64,000 nt of DNA from the human T2T-CHM13v2.0 reference genome, Homo sapiens. Of the stretch, positions 29,280 to 44,119 are shown piece by piece. How positions within the stretch are numbered: position 1 is the stretch's first letter; every line of letters begins with the position of its first letter. Made by a program: the position numbers and the translations under genes. The stretch lies in NCBI RefSeq assembly GCF_009914755.1, contig NC_060928.1. One strand, 5' to 3'. The notes below the pieces were generated by a model. The model did not search any database and was not told the origin of the DNA. It was given only the letters and a program-made list of their open reading frames with translations.

Positions 29280-29710
29280 AGGCTCCCTCTGCAATATCCA
29301 ACTCCCCGCATCCAGTGCTACCTCTCTGTGTGCATGCTACACTCTAGAGACTAAATCCACAGATATTTCTGATATAACTGGTCTCTGGGCTGGTATGTAT
29401 GTCATTCCCTCCATCTAGAATGTCTTCTTCTGCCATCTCTGCCCACCAAAACTCCTGCCTAGCCTGTAAGGCCATGCCTCACTGCCAGCCTCTCCACATG
29501 CCCATCTCTGTGCTTCCAAGATACCTGAGCTCATGCTTTCTCATACTCTCACCACTGGCATTACTGTAACTTTGTCTAACACATGTCTACTGCCTCCCAT
29601 TAGAACCTAAGCTCAATCAGGATGGGAATTAATCCATGTAGACTAATTCTTCTTCACATCACCACATCTCCCAACAGAGGCCCTTGCAAAAAGGGTGCAA
29701 TCACTGAATC
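29280..29710 (+). mobile_element. Decayed L2 3' fragment
   Basis: L2-like phrases (cattccctccatctagaatgtcttc; cccattagaacctaagctc). Approximate. Confidence 0.55.
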
Positions 29711-30889
29711 ATGAAGATGTCACAGTGGCAGGTCACGTGATCCTGCCTACCTTACCCACACAATTTGGAACACATATAGACTGCAGCCCAATAGGAGCTC
29801 TAATAATTGCATTTTTTATTACAGAGTCAACAAATTTCATCCAGAAACATGGCAAACATGGAACACAGAAGACAATTTTATTCAAGTCAATGTTTGCTTA
29901 ATGCAGAGAGGTCCTTAATATGAGCTGAGGCCAAAAAAAAAAAAAAAAAAAAAAAGAGAGAATGTTCATCAAGACAGGGCTAGGCAGACCAAGAGTGAAC
30001 TTAGGAAGGCCATAAAATATCTCACTGGACTCACATCCTTCTTAAATCAATGATCAAAATGTATTTATTTAATGTCTATCATTTTAAAAGATTATTTTAA
30101 GAATGAAAGTACATTTTTTTTTTGTTTACTGTCAACTTACTTATCTGTGCTCCAGCATCACTTAAGGATGGTACCACATTTCTGGGAATTGACCCAAAAA
30201 AAGCAGTAGTCACAATTATTCTTTAAGAACCATAAAATATTTTAGATTGGGAAAAACAGAAACAAGTAATATTTTATTTTGTCCTATTATATTCTACAGT
30301 GAAAGAGAACACTGTCTAATTAGAATCTTTTGTTTTCTTTCTTCACACTGAGACATTACACCTTTCATAATCATGTAATCATTGAAACCAAACGACTTCA
30401 TCCTTAAGAAAACTGGATTTCTAATGATTCGCTGTCTTTGTAACTTCAATCTGCTCAAATGATCTGACCAATTAAAAAAAAAAAAAGCATGTACCTGTAA
30501 CACAAATGGAACATGTGAGAAAGCTTTCCAATGCCATAAAGACAGGGGAACTGAATCAGCTGCCCATTTCATTTTATGCATAGCAACAAATGACCAGCAG
30601 AACAAATGTTTTTATGGGTGGTTATTATTTTAAATAATCTAAGCCTTAGACCTAGTCTACCAAAAATATAACTTCACAATACTCAGGATTTTTGTTTAAA
30701 ATTCCAAATATCAAAAATTTAAGAGACATTAAAAGCAATGATTACAGCCAGGCTTGCACTTTCTAGTATATAAATAAGGAAAACACTTTCTTTGTTTTAC
30801 AATAAAAGACCAGATAACACCTAAATATATTTATTTTGACACACACTATCCAGTAAAGTAGTCACTAGCAATACTTTTTTTAAGAAATT

Positions 30890-31022
30890 TAAAATCAGTT
30901 GCTCAGTTGCACTAGCTACATTTCAAGTGCTCAAGTGCCCCATGTTGCTGGTTGCTACTGTACTGAATAACACAGAATGATCTTTCCATGAACACAGAAA
31001 GCCCTACAGGACTGTGCTGCTA
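30890..31022 (+). mobile_element. MER3/MER33-like hAT-Charlie fragment
   Basis: tcagttgcactagctacatttcaagtgctcaa...tggttgctactgtactg. Confidence 0.75.
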
Positions 31023-31336
31023 GACAATCACAAAGAAAAAAACATATGTAAGTGAATGAATCAATGAAGAAATGACACACCACTGTCATTTGTTGACTAA
31101 TCAACATATCTATTAAAAACATAAATTTCCATATTAAATGTGAGAATGGATCATAGTTGCCTAGTTATTTTTCAAAATTGATATTGTATTTATCAAATTT
31201 CTCCACTCAAACCAGAGAACAAAAATATTTCTGCACATTTCAAAAGACTATGCATTTTCTTATTTAAAAATACCAAAATACATAGGTATAACTTAGAATA
31301 ATTCATCACATTTGAATCAACCATAGAATTCTTTTA

Positions 31337-31795
<459 letters not shown>

Positions 31796-31799
31796 TCAC

Positions 31800-32330
31800 G
31801 TAGTATACATCTACTAAGATGGACAACACAAAATGCTGGTGAGAATGTTAAGTAAAAGGAACTCTCAGGCACTGTTGGAAGGAGTGTAAAGTGTTGTCAC
31901 TACTTTAGAAAAATGTCCAGCAGTTTCTTCTTCTAAGACTAAACACATATCTGCCTCATGGTCCAACAATTCCCCTCTTAGATATTTACCCAATAAAATG
32001 AAAACATTTTATTACATTTTCAGAAAGACTTGTGGTAGCATTCAAAGAAGCAGCCTATAGACAATAAAAGACATATAAACTGTAGTATATTCAATGGAAT
32101 ATTATGCAGCAATAAGAATGACTTTATAGATGACATAAATACATCTCAAAAACATTATGTGGAAGAAAAACATACTACATGATTCAATTTACATGAAATT
32201 CTAGAACGTGAAAAACTAACCTATGATTAACCCAAGCAAAACAAAACCCTGAACAGTGATGGCTGCCGGAAGAAGGCAGGGGAGGGGAACAACTGGGGTG
32301 ATGGAAATGTGTTGCGCCTTGATCACTATT
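31800..32330 (+). mobile_element. Old L1M (MC/ME) 3' fragment
   Basis: aaatgctggtgagaatg...gaactctc...aacaattcccctcttagatatttacccaataaaatgaaaaca are typical old L1 3' motifs. Confidence 0.7.
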
Positions 32331-32762
32331 TTTAGAATTGATAGGTTTTGGGTTTTAACCAAAATAAAGAAGTGGCATAAAATAAGAACAAATTGCTAAT
32401 TTACTTTCCTCTTTACCAGTGAAGTCACAGCTAAATTAAAAATCAATAATGGCAAATTAAGGAACTGAAATATGACAAAATGATCAAATGATTTATGTGG
32501 ATATCTTAGAACAGACAGCTGAGTAATCACAAAAGAGTGCTTTCTGCAGAACTACTACTCCTTATTAGTCTCTTATCATCCACTGTTAATTAGCACTTGG
32601 GCTGATCAGAGTTCAACAAAGCACACAAATTCTAGTTACCCTGCTTCAGAGAAATTACAAATGCTATTTCAAATATGCTATGTCTTGTATAAGGCTTTCA
32701 TATTTAAAACATATACTTGATGAATAAGCAACCTGTACCTACTTTTCTATTTAATTTACCAT

Positions 32763-33125
32763 TGATAGATGCAGGAGGAAGATAAGGGAACCTGCCCAAG
32801 GCCTTGTCTGGGTGTGCCTGCAACAGACCAGGGGGCCCACCTGTGCAGTGGGAGAATGGGGTGGAGCCACCAGGAATTCGCACCTTATGCAAGGGGGAAG
32901 AGTCTGGCCTCTTCAGCTCATGCATGGTGGCCCAGTATTCAATACGTGAGGTGGGAGCCTATTGGCAGAACCTCCCCGTTTTTTATTTTTATTTTTTGCT
33001 GAGATCTTTCTTTTAATAAATTCTGGTCTCCTCACCTTTCAATGTGTCCATGTGTCTAATTTTTCTTGGTTGTGACACAAGAACCTAGATTTTAGCTGAA
33101 CTAAGGAGCAAAAAAGCCTGCATCG
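32763..33125 (+). mobile_element. 5' LTR (MER61B/C-like)
   Basis: tgatagatgcaggaggaagataagggaacctg ... aataaa ... ttagctgaactaaggagc...gcatc. Confidence 0.88.
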
Positions 33126-33128
33126 TTT

Positions 33129-33146
33129 TCGTGGCCTGTACGGGGA
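33129..33146 (+). other. Primer-binding site complementary to tRNA-Ile(AAT) 3' end
   Basis: tcgtggcctgtacgggga versus expected TGGTGGCCCGTACGGGGA (16 of 18), just after the 5' LTR. Confidence 0.75.
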
Positions 33147-34477
33147 CATGAGGAAAGGTAAGTAAAATGCAGAACAAAAAATCTTTTCCCCTTTTTTTTC
33201 TGAGGCTTTTTGTCCTTGGACTTCTTCTGAGGGTAGAGGAAACTGCATCCCCAACCCTGTCGCTCTGGGGGGTTAGAAATGTCGGCCTTGGTCCAACCCG
33301 GACTTTTCTATGGCATTGTCCTTCTCTTTTCGGGACTGTAATGGCACCACCTCACCCAACAGCCACAGACATGCGTGGGATGGATGGGCAAGCAGCGGCT
33401 CCCAGACCCCTCACCTCCTGGCTGGAGCTGGGGCACATGGCCCAAAGGCCTGTGTGGCAGGCTGGCCAGCATTCTCCAATACAAGTCCACAGAGTCTTCC
33501 CCTCCCCGGGCCAAGGAGTAGAGCTCCATCCAAGCCCCAGGGAAGAAACGGCAATTAGAAGTTCATCTCCCTGTTGGAGAAACCTACATGCATAAGAATA
33601 AGAGGTTCTTCCCCATGGCATCTTTCCAAACCTGCAGTTCCGGCTGATTTTTATTTTTTTATTTTTTTCTCCACCCTGTCAGCAGTTAACACAGCCTTGC
33701 ACTTACAGCTGTTTGTTTTTTTCTTTTCTCCACTGGGTCAGGAGTTAACTTTTAAAAGAAAGGTCCTTTTTTCCCTTTTAGAAGCCGTGTTACTAGACCA
33801 GGACCCCAGCTATCACTGTTTATATTCTCTCTAAAGTTTTGATTATCAAAAGGGATTGATGAGTTGGCCTTAAGCTGTAGCCAATATGGTGTGCTTTCCA
33901 TGTTTTACTGTATGGTTCTGTCAGAAAGAGGGGTAATTTAGGATGGGATGCGGGCCCAGGACTCTACAGGCCCACTGTTGAAGCTGGCCCAGCAAACTGG
34001 TTAGTGGCAAACTTTGCTGCAGGCCTCCATCTTGTTTTACGTCCTTGGAAGTATGACCTGTAACCACATGGCAATGCTTTGTTTGGCCTCCACCATTTTG
34101 CGATGGTGGCCCAGGTTCAGTCCTGGCTTAGAAAATGAGTCCTTTCTCGTTTGACATTCTATGTGATCTTTGCCATTTGTTGATTCTCTTCCCCTCCACA
34201 AACAGCCCTGAATTTTCCTCTCTCTGAGCACCTGAAAGGTTACCTTTGGTAAGGTTCAAAAACCAGGAATACTGGCTGCTTGGCACAGCTAAAGTCAGGT
34301 AGAAAGGGATTTAAAAGGATTTTCTTAAAGACTGCTCAGCTTAATTAAAAGTGGATATCCAAGTTATAGGTATATTTAAAAGGCCTTTATGTTTTTCTCT
34401 TTTTGGATTTTCTTTTTTTGGAGAAAGGTTTTTTCTCAGTCAACTGAATTATTTTTCTCCATTTTCCCTTGCTACTC

Positions 34478-34962
<485 letters not shown>

Positions 34963-36563
34963 TAGAAACTACATGCTTTCCTACCCTTGCTCTTAAAGGG
35001 CTCCACCCAGAGGCCAATAATCCAATTAGGAGATGGCAAACAAAAAATCTTATAGCTACTGGATCTTCTGCCTGTCTGTGTAGTTATATATGTATTGAGT
35101 GTGTAATGTCTATTAAAAAAAAGAGCTCTAATTAACTGATTTAAAGAAGGATAAGTGCTTGGATCAAATATTTCTTAAAGGGAAGATAAAAGCTGTGGTA
35201 CCTTCTGGCCCATGGGTCTTTAATCTTTGAGAAGTAAAAACAACCTTAAGATTATGGGTAAAATGCATATCCCATCAAAATGTAAATTTTTGCCTAGAGT
35301 TAAAGGATTGTTTTGAAATAGTTAAGATAAAGCTCAAAGTTTAAACAAGTTATGGAAGGATTGTAAACGTTAATCTTGCAAAAGAAATTCCATGTGTGAA
35401 CATACTGACTAAATTCAAAAGGGTATTATATGGCTTTTCGATAAATTGAGCATTGAAATAAAAGCACAACAAGTTTCTCTTAAGGCACTAATCTGCTCTT
35501 TAGCAAAATTGTTAAAGTGTTATAAAAGGTGTTTTGCTTTTTAAAATTTCTGAGTCATCATTTTGGCAAAATAAATAACTTATGGTAATCTGGAATTCTA
35601 TTTCATAACATCAAGGGTTTTACACTTGTAACATATTTAACAGGCTTCCCAAAATCAAATTTCAGTTTCAAAGTTGTCTTTCTTAGCTCTTGGATGCTAC
35701 GGAGGACCCCGGAGCACCATGAAGAAAAGTAAACAGGGTTACCTCACATGTTTAGGTACATGGGATTGGCAAAATGATGTTTAATCTTCTTCAGGTTATA
35801 TTTTCAAGAATAGTAATATATGTTCCAAAATTGTATGGTATTTCTAAAATTCTAATGTCTGAGTATATGCTATCAATCACAATTAAGATTGTTATGTTAA
35901 GTTATTGTAAACCACAGAGATAACCAGATTTCTTTGTCAATTTCTGATTGTAACTACCATAGACATTTTGTTATTCACAGATAATTGTTGTCTTGTTTTG
36001 ATCTTCAAATGATGGTTTACAATCGCTATGGAACTTTGACAGGCACTCTCAAATGCATGTTTCTGATAACTTGGGAGACTGTGACATTGGAATAAAGAAA
36101 AAATATACAGGACTCATGGAGAGCTAAAATGTTCATGAATATCAAGCAAAACAAGAGTTAACCAAATGGACTGAACAACAGAAAACCTAAGTAATCTTTT
36201 TTACTTTTGCTTGGAACATTGCTGATCCTTGTTTTGTCTTTCAGAGTCAAGAAAACTTATTTGGAGCTATTAATGGCCTTTAATAATTGAGTAAGGTATA
36301 CTCCTGTGAACAAAATGTGGAGCATGTTTGTCTCTCTCTGCCTGGCTTCTCCAGAATTTAGAAACTAGTTGTGAGTATTCTTAACTTATGGCAACATAGT
36401 TGTTTGCTTAAGTGAAATAAGAATCCATTTTCTTTTGCAATAGGACACAACTGGAGAAACCAGTTGTTTTACTAAGGCTTTGACTGAAAGGGTATGCTTC
36501 CCTTTAAGGAATCAAGCTCAACTTGAAAAGCTGATAAAAATCCCCTTGGTAAAACCGGCCTCA

Positions 36564-36763
<200 letters not shown>

Positions 36764-38580
36764 GTTACTTTCCAGCAGGCCCAGGAACCACATGCTCTTG
36801 AGACCTCAAGAAGAGAGAAGTTTACCCAATTCACAGGTATTTGAGGGTAGAAACCCATGGCTGGGCTCAACTTTAGAAAGTCCTATCTGAGATTCCCTGT
36901 GAAACAGAGTTCCATCAAAGCCAGTCTAAAAGGCCTAAGTAGAAATAATTATTCTTGGTGCACTTTATGCAAATAATCAGGCCAAGTATAAGACTAAAGT
37001 CTATTTTGCAAACAACTCAGTGCTATCATAATTTTTTTTTAACAAAGATGAGGACTGGAGAGAAATTACATTTCAAAACTTTCACATTTGACATTAAATT
37101 CTAGACTCATTAGTTGTTTTTAAGTTTTTGCCTACATTTTAGACTAACCCTGCTTATTCCTGTGAACCAACCAACAATCTCCAGTTGCAGCTGAGAAGGA
37201 ACAAGAGGGATGGGTAATGTATATATCTGGATCAACATTCTAGTTCTGAGCAATTATCCTGAAAATCCTGCCAGGTGATGGGAATAAATAGGGTGCCTAT
37301 CATCCAGAGGTTTCCTTTTTGGGAAAGTAAGACCAAGAGGGCTAACCAAAGCCAAGCCCCATGCACACAAATCTTACCAAGCATAACTACAGCCACCAGT
37401 TATCTGGGCGTGTCACAAGACATCTTTTTCTCTCCTTTGTTGGAGGGACTCAATTCCACAGCTTCACCTTAGTATTCAGCTTATGATAAGGAGTCCATAC
37501 AACCCCCCGAGATGCATTTTTGGTCCCAAACTCCATTCCAAGCTTCACGTTGAAGTCCTTGGAAAGAAAACTGGATCTGAGGGATCCAGAGGCAGACGAT
37601 AATGGAAGTTAAAAGGCACAGCGCAAGTGATCATGACAAATTCCTGCCAATTAAGCCAAGCTTTCCATTTCATGGATAAAGGTCACGCTAGTATCCATGG
37701 CATAAATGAGGTCTAGGGAACTCGAAGGCTCCTGACACCAGGGAAGACAGGGCATACATGGGTATGAGCGGATATTTCCACTCCCTAGATCCCCCTGTTA
37801 ACATGGGTTAAAGGCGCGTTGACCCCCATGGGCAGCAGCCCGTCATGGTCACCAGGACTCAGGGATGCGAGGACAGAAGAAAGAGGAATGTCTCACTTTC
37901 TCTCTCTCATGTAGCCCGGGTATTCAAGGGGAAGAGAAAAGAACCAGGGATGCCTGCTCCCCTCTTTCTAGATGAGTAGTCATTCATTTTCAGTCTGTAC
38001 CCCTTTCCAATGCATCCTGAACTCCTGAGTTTCCTTTTTCCGCCTCTGTCCTCTCTTCACATATAATTGTGTTGCCATACTGTGGGACACTCCCCTCGGA
38101 TGCATCCTCCAAACTGGGAAAAGTTAATTTCTCAAACCTTAAACTGGTTGGCTAAGGATTGAGTTCAGGAGAAGGGAACCCAGAAGCCTGACATGCTGGC
38201 AAAAGGGTAAAAGTTGTTGTTGCTTTTTTTTTTTTTTTTTTTTTTTTAACCAGTTGGGCTTTTGGCTTCCCTCTCCCTGTACAAACTGGTAAAAGGCCTC
38301 GGGATTTACCCCAGCTTGTTTCATTTTGATATGTGTTTTCTAGTAACTCAGTTTGTCTCTTCTCACCTTCAGGACATTAAACTCCAAAGCGTCATGGAAT
38401 CAGAGCCTCAGACAATGGCCCCTTCTGCTGGGGACCCTTAGATAGGCCTTTCAGGGAGAACTGACTGCCATTTTCCCAAAACAGCACCTTCTGTCAGCAG
38501 GAAGCAGTTAAGATTGGTCTTCATCCTCTTCCTTATCCTTATTCTAATGGCAGTTAGATGTACTACTTTAGAGGGGGGAA

Positions 38581-38935
38581 TGATAGATGCAGGAGGAAGA
38601 TAAGGGAACCTGCTCAGGGCCTTGTCTGGGTGTGCCTGCAGCTGACTGGGGGCCTGCCTGAGCACTGGGAGAATGCGGTGGAGCCACTGGGAATTCTTGC
38701 ACTATGCAGTGGGGAGGAGTCTGGCCTCTTCAGCTCCTGTGTGGTGGCCTGGTATTCAGTTTGTGAGGTGGGAGCCTGTTGGCAGGACCCTTTTTTTTTT
38801 TTCTCCTGAGAGATTTCTTTTAATAAATTCTGCTCTCCTCACCTTTCAATGTGTCCACATGCCTAATTTTTCCTGGTCATGACACAAGAACCCAGGTTTT
38901 AGCTGAACTAACGAGTTAAAAAAAAAAATCCATCA
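38581..38935 (+). mobile_element. 3' LTR (MER61B/C-like)
   Basis: Homologous to 32763-33125; TG...CA termini; preceded by the polypurine tract. Confidence 0.88.
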
Positions 38936-41900
38936 TCATCGCTTGAAGTTCTTAAGTGGTAAATGAAATGATAAAATAAAAACTTAATCATTTGCAAAAT
39001 AATAGAAAACAAATGTAAAGCTTTTTGGTTTTACTGGAATAACAAAAAATCCTGGTACAAATATAATGAAAAGTAGGAAATCGTTCATTTTTCATCTAAT
39101 AAATTCTGAATCTTGCTTCAGGTTTTCTCAATTTTTGTTCTAGATCAAGTATCTTTTGGGTCCAGGAAGAAATAAATTTTTTCTACTCCATTCTCCTCAG
39201 AATAAAACACAGTCTTCTTTTAAAGACAGTGAAAAAAGCAGCAACAGTCAGCCTTTCAGAAACTGAGGGTGCCACTTTTCCCAAGAGACGTAGAGTATTT
39301 TAGAGGGGACTCTGGGTCTCATCTGCTGTGATCCCACTTTCCAGGTCTGTATACAGATGAGGCAAAGGGCACAGCACTGTGTTGCAGAACTAATAGAGTC
39401 CACCGGATCATTTTGCAAGGATCCCATTCTTTCTTAAAAAAAAAAAAAAAAAAAAATCACGACTTGTGAAACTCCTCTGAAAACCTAAAAATTAAGAAAA
39501 GGCTACGCTTTGAGAGAACTTCAGGATAAATTTCTTCTGCAGTTGTGCACATAAAAATTCCTCTCTGAGCAAAGCAGTATATTGTGCATGCATTAAAGAT
39601 TATGACTTAGAGCTAGGAAAAGTTGGGACTTGCAGGCGTTAACTTGGTTTGAATTGACAACACAGAAGTGAAGAAACACTGCTACTATTAAAACAGGTGG
39701 ACGTTCTCTCAGGAATAAGCATGTTTTATAAAAACTCATAGAAGTTATTAATTCAATATGTTTCCTGGCTGTTCCAGCTGCATTTACTGTACGTGTCAAA
39801 TAAGCAGCTGCTCCCAGAGTTCTCAGAAAAGAGACTCACCAGAGCTAGAAGGCCATGGAAAGGATTCTGAGGACAGACTCATGGGGAGGACAAAAGTTGG
39901 TTCTATTTTGAAACAGACTATTCCATGATAGCCATCTGGCCAACAATATGTGCCATACCACTGCCTTATATTTGTTTGCATAGTACTTTACAGTTTAAGA
40001 CATGTTTTCACAAACTGAATTCTCTCTCTGCAGCTTAGCAGGTGCTGTTCTAGGCAATCTTATCTCCATTTTCAAAAAAGAAATGGAAATAAATCAACTA
40101 ACTGCCTAAGGAAGCAAGAGGTAAAACAGGGTCTTAGATGTACCCCTTTTTTGAAACTCATCATATCACTCAGCTACAAATTATTATGCATATTTTACAG
40201 CTCTATTAGCTTCCTTGAAATCAGAGACACTGTTGTGTTCATTTTTAAATCTACCCCTCTTTCACCTTCTCCAATTGAGTGAATTTTCAGGTGAATCAAT
40301 TTATCACTCCTATGTCGGAGGGTAAGTCTATCCAGTATATTCTTCCAACATATCCCGAAGTTTAAAATACTAAACTACCACCAACTGGACAAATTTATTT
40401 CCTCCCTTAGTAAATCAGAAATGTTTATTTTTATAACACAACAATTCTGGAGTATGCCAGACTACAAAGCAGTAAAGTTTGAATCCCCCTGTGGGAACAC
40501 AATAGAACTCATTCTTCAATAATGTTTTTAATCTCTCAGTATGGACTAGGAAGGATAATACTAAATGTTTAAGTCCCCAAAATAGGAAAAAACATATTAA
40601 TGAAGGAAGCTTCTATTTTCCTGTAAGTTCTAACAGATGGTTTCCAAACACATTCATAGAGTTAAATGCATAATTTCACCCTATAAATATGCTGTAAAAC
40701 ATTAAAAATAGATTATAGCACATATATCTTATGGGGCAAATGAAATGATAAAAGGAATTTTATAGTGGATAAACTCATAGTTAAAAGATAATATTGTTTA
40801 CAACTATGTGTCTCTTTTAATAGAATTAATGGATTAAATGTGACAGCTTTATAAATAACACTTAAAACTATTTCCTTAATTTACATCTTAATATCTTAGC
40901 ATAGTATAAGAGGAAAGGCTTTCTCTCGAACGTGAATATTTTTGTGACACTTTAGTGTTTTTAAATTTACTTTTTTTTTTCTATTTCAGCCTCACTGATA
41001 AGAAACCATGTTATAATCAAACACTAAGAGAGTTAGCTATTATATTACATTATTAGGTTAAAAATGCAAAAAAAAAACTTGGCAAAGAGAAATGACAACT
41101 ATCATTCAAAGAATTTTTCCACTTAAGATAATTTTCTCTGTTGAATTCTCTCTGGGATCAGTCATTTTTGACGATTTCAGATCTAACTTACTATAGCAGT
41201 TAAAATGTGTTGTGTACTAGAAGGTGAAAATGAAATGGTGAGCTAAGGAAATCAGTTATTCTATTATATTTTAGGATTTTCAACAGAATCATAAGTTATG
41301 TTCAAAGTATTAACTCATAGACTCATATGAAGATCAAACGAGATTTGTAGGCTCCATCTGACAAAAGAAGAGGCTCAGAGAATGTGAGATGTATGCATGA
41401 CACAGAGCAACTACTTAAATATCTTTTATATCTAAATCATGAGAACTTGTATTTTGTGAATGCCTTTATACACAAAGCCAAACATGCCCATGTGATCTTC
41501 ATTCACAATTTCATATTTATATTTGTTTAACAATACATAATCATCTAGAGATGGTGCCAGCACTACCTTGGGGGTAGTCGGGAAACAGAACAAGCTTCTT
41601 CCCCAAAGGGAAGGGTAAAGTCACAAAGGATGAAAACAAGTAGGTCTTTTAAGGATGGTGGGTCCTACTGAATGAAGGAAAATGTTTTAGATAAGCTTAC
41701 ATATGGCAAAAAGAGCCAGTATAAAGCTAAGCTCTGCATCATTAAAAAAAACAAAACAAAACAAAAAAAGGGCACTTGAAGATACTCTAAAAGAAAAAAA
41801 GTTAATACTGAGACAGAGAGGAACTAGAGAAGATGAGACCCCCAGGTGCAGGATCAGAGGAAAACACAAAGCAACAGGACTGAGCAGAGATGGTGGAGAA

Positions 41901-42387
41901 GGCAACTCTAACTGTGGATTTCTAAGTTTTGCTTATGAGGTTTGTGAGATACAATGCCTCTCTTTTTATCTTTACTACCAAACATTTAAGAAACTTCACA
42001 TTGTTTGGGTTCTTTACCAGAACCCAAGGACATGTGAAGTTCCAAGTCTGGGTGTCTCTCAGGCTTGAGGGTAACATCTACGTATCTGTGGAGGTGAGCA
42101 GCCAGTCCTTTTTTTTCTAGAAAGCGACAAATATAAACCCATACAAACACAACAGCAGCGTCCGTATTAAGATCTGTGCCATTACGTATTATGGAGGAAA
42201 ATTTCTAAAGAATAAACCTTCAAACATTTTGAATTCTAGCAATATGGTAGGAAAATTTGTTGCATATATGAATCCCAAAGATCTTAGTCTGTTTCTACTT
42301 GAAATCCACCAGCATATAAAGTTGATGTATTTACTCTAAAAAAACTACATGATGAGTACCAACTTATGACAAGGGAACAGAAAGTTA

Positions 42388-43085
<698 letters not shown>

Positions 43086-43232
43086 AAGAATAAGAGATGG
43101 ACACCACCATTTAGAACTACTGTGTGCTGGAAAAACAATACATGAAATAGAAAACAAATGTGATTTCAACCTGTTAAAACTATATTTAAAACTAAAGTTA
43201 TTTAATAAACATTGACTATGTACTCTATAATT

Positions 43233-43636
43233 ATGAACAAAACACAATTTTGCCCTTAAATAACCCACCATCTAGTAAGAAGAGACACACATGCACATGG
43301 ATAAAAGATGCAGTGTTTTTATGAATAGAATTAGACTTCAGAAATCTTCATATTCTCTATATACAGTCATGAACAAAACACAATTTTGCCCCTAAAAAAC
43401 CCACAATCTAGTAAGAAGAGACACACATGCACATGGATAAAAGATGCAGTGTTTTTATGAATAGAATTAGACTTCAGAAATCTTCATATTCTCTCTTTCT
43501 ATAGTTATCAACAAAACACAATTTTGCCCTTAAAAAACCCACAATCTAGTAAGAAGAGACACACATGCACATGGTTAAAAGATGCAGTGTTTTTATGAAC
43601 AGAATTAGACTTCAGAAATCTTCATATTATCTCTCT
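43233..43636. repeat. Tandem repeat, 136-138 bp unit x about 3
   Basis: Units start at 43233, 43369 and 43507 (aacaaaacacaattttgccc...tctagtaagaagagacacacatgcacatgg...gaattagacttcagaaatcttcatatt). Confidence 0.95.
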
Positions 43637-44119
43637 CATTTTACAGACCTTGAAAGATTATGGGGATTGTCCAAGTTCCCATGACTATAAGTAGCCATGT
43701 AGTACGTAAACTTAAATTATTTGACTCCTTATTTATCTCATCATAGTAACTATAAATTTCATAGAATGTGTTAAGTGAACAATTAGATGATAATATCTGA
43801 TACATCATAAGCACTTAATAAACGATGGTGAATAAATAATAAATGAGCAAACAAAAAAATGAAGGCTCTCCAAGGGCGGGGGTGGAGGAAATAATGAGAA
43901 AAAAATCACAGGGCTTAAAAAAAACTATCCTACTTACTAAGGTCTGTGAATGAATACGATATAATTATTTCATCATAATAACTAGAATTATTTTTACAAT
44001 GAAAATTAACAGAAAACTTTTAAGATACTTCCTCCTAAACTACTTACATAGACTTATGCTAGAATTTAGATTACTTCATTCCAGTGTATTTTAATCGCTC
44101 CACTTGCATATATCCTCAA

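Noticed and set aside
29933-29954. Poly(A) run as a poly(A)-only retro-insertion
   Set aside because: No flanking duplication found; treated as a simple homopolymer, like the run near 39436.
43233-43636. Repeated units as a possible CRISPR-like array
   Set aside because: Head-to-tail copies with no unique spacers, in primate DNA with no cas genes.
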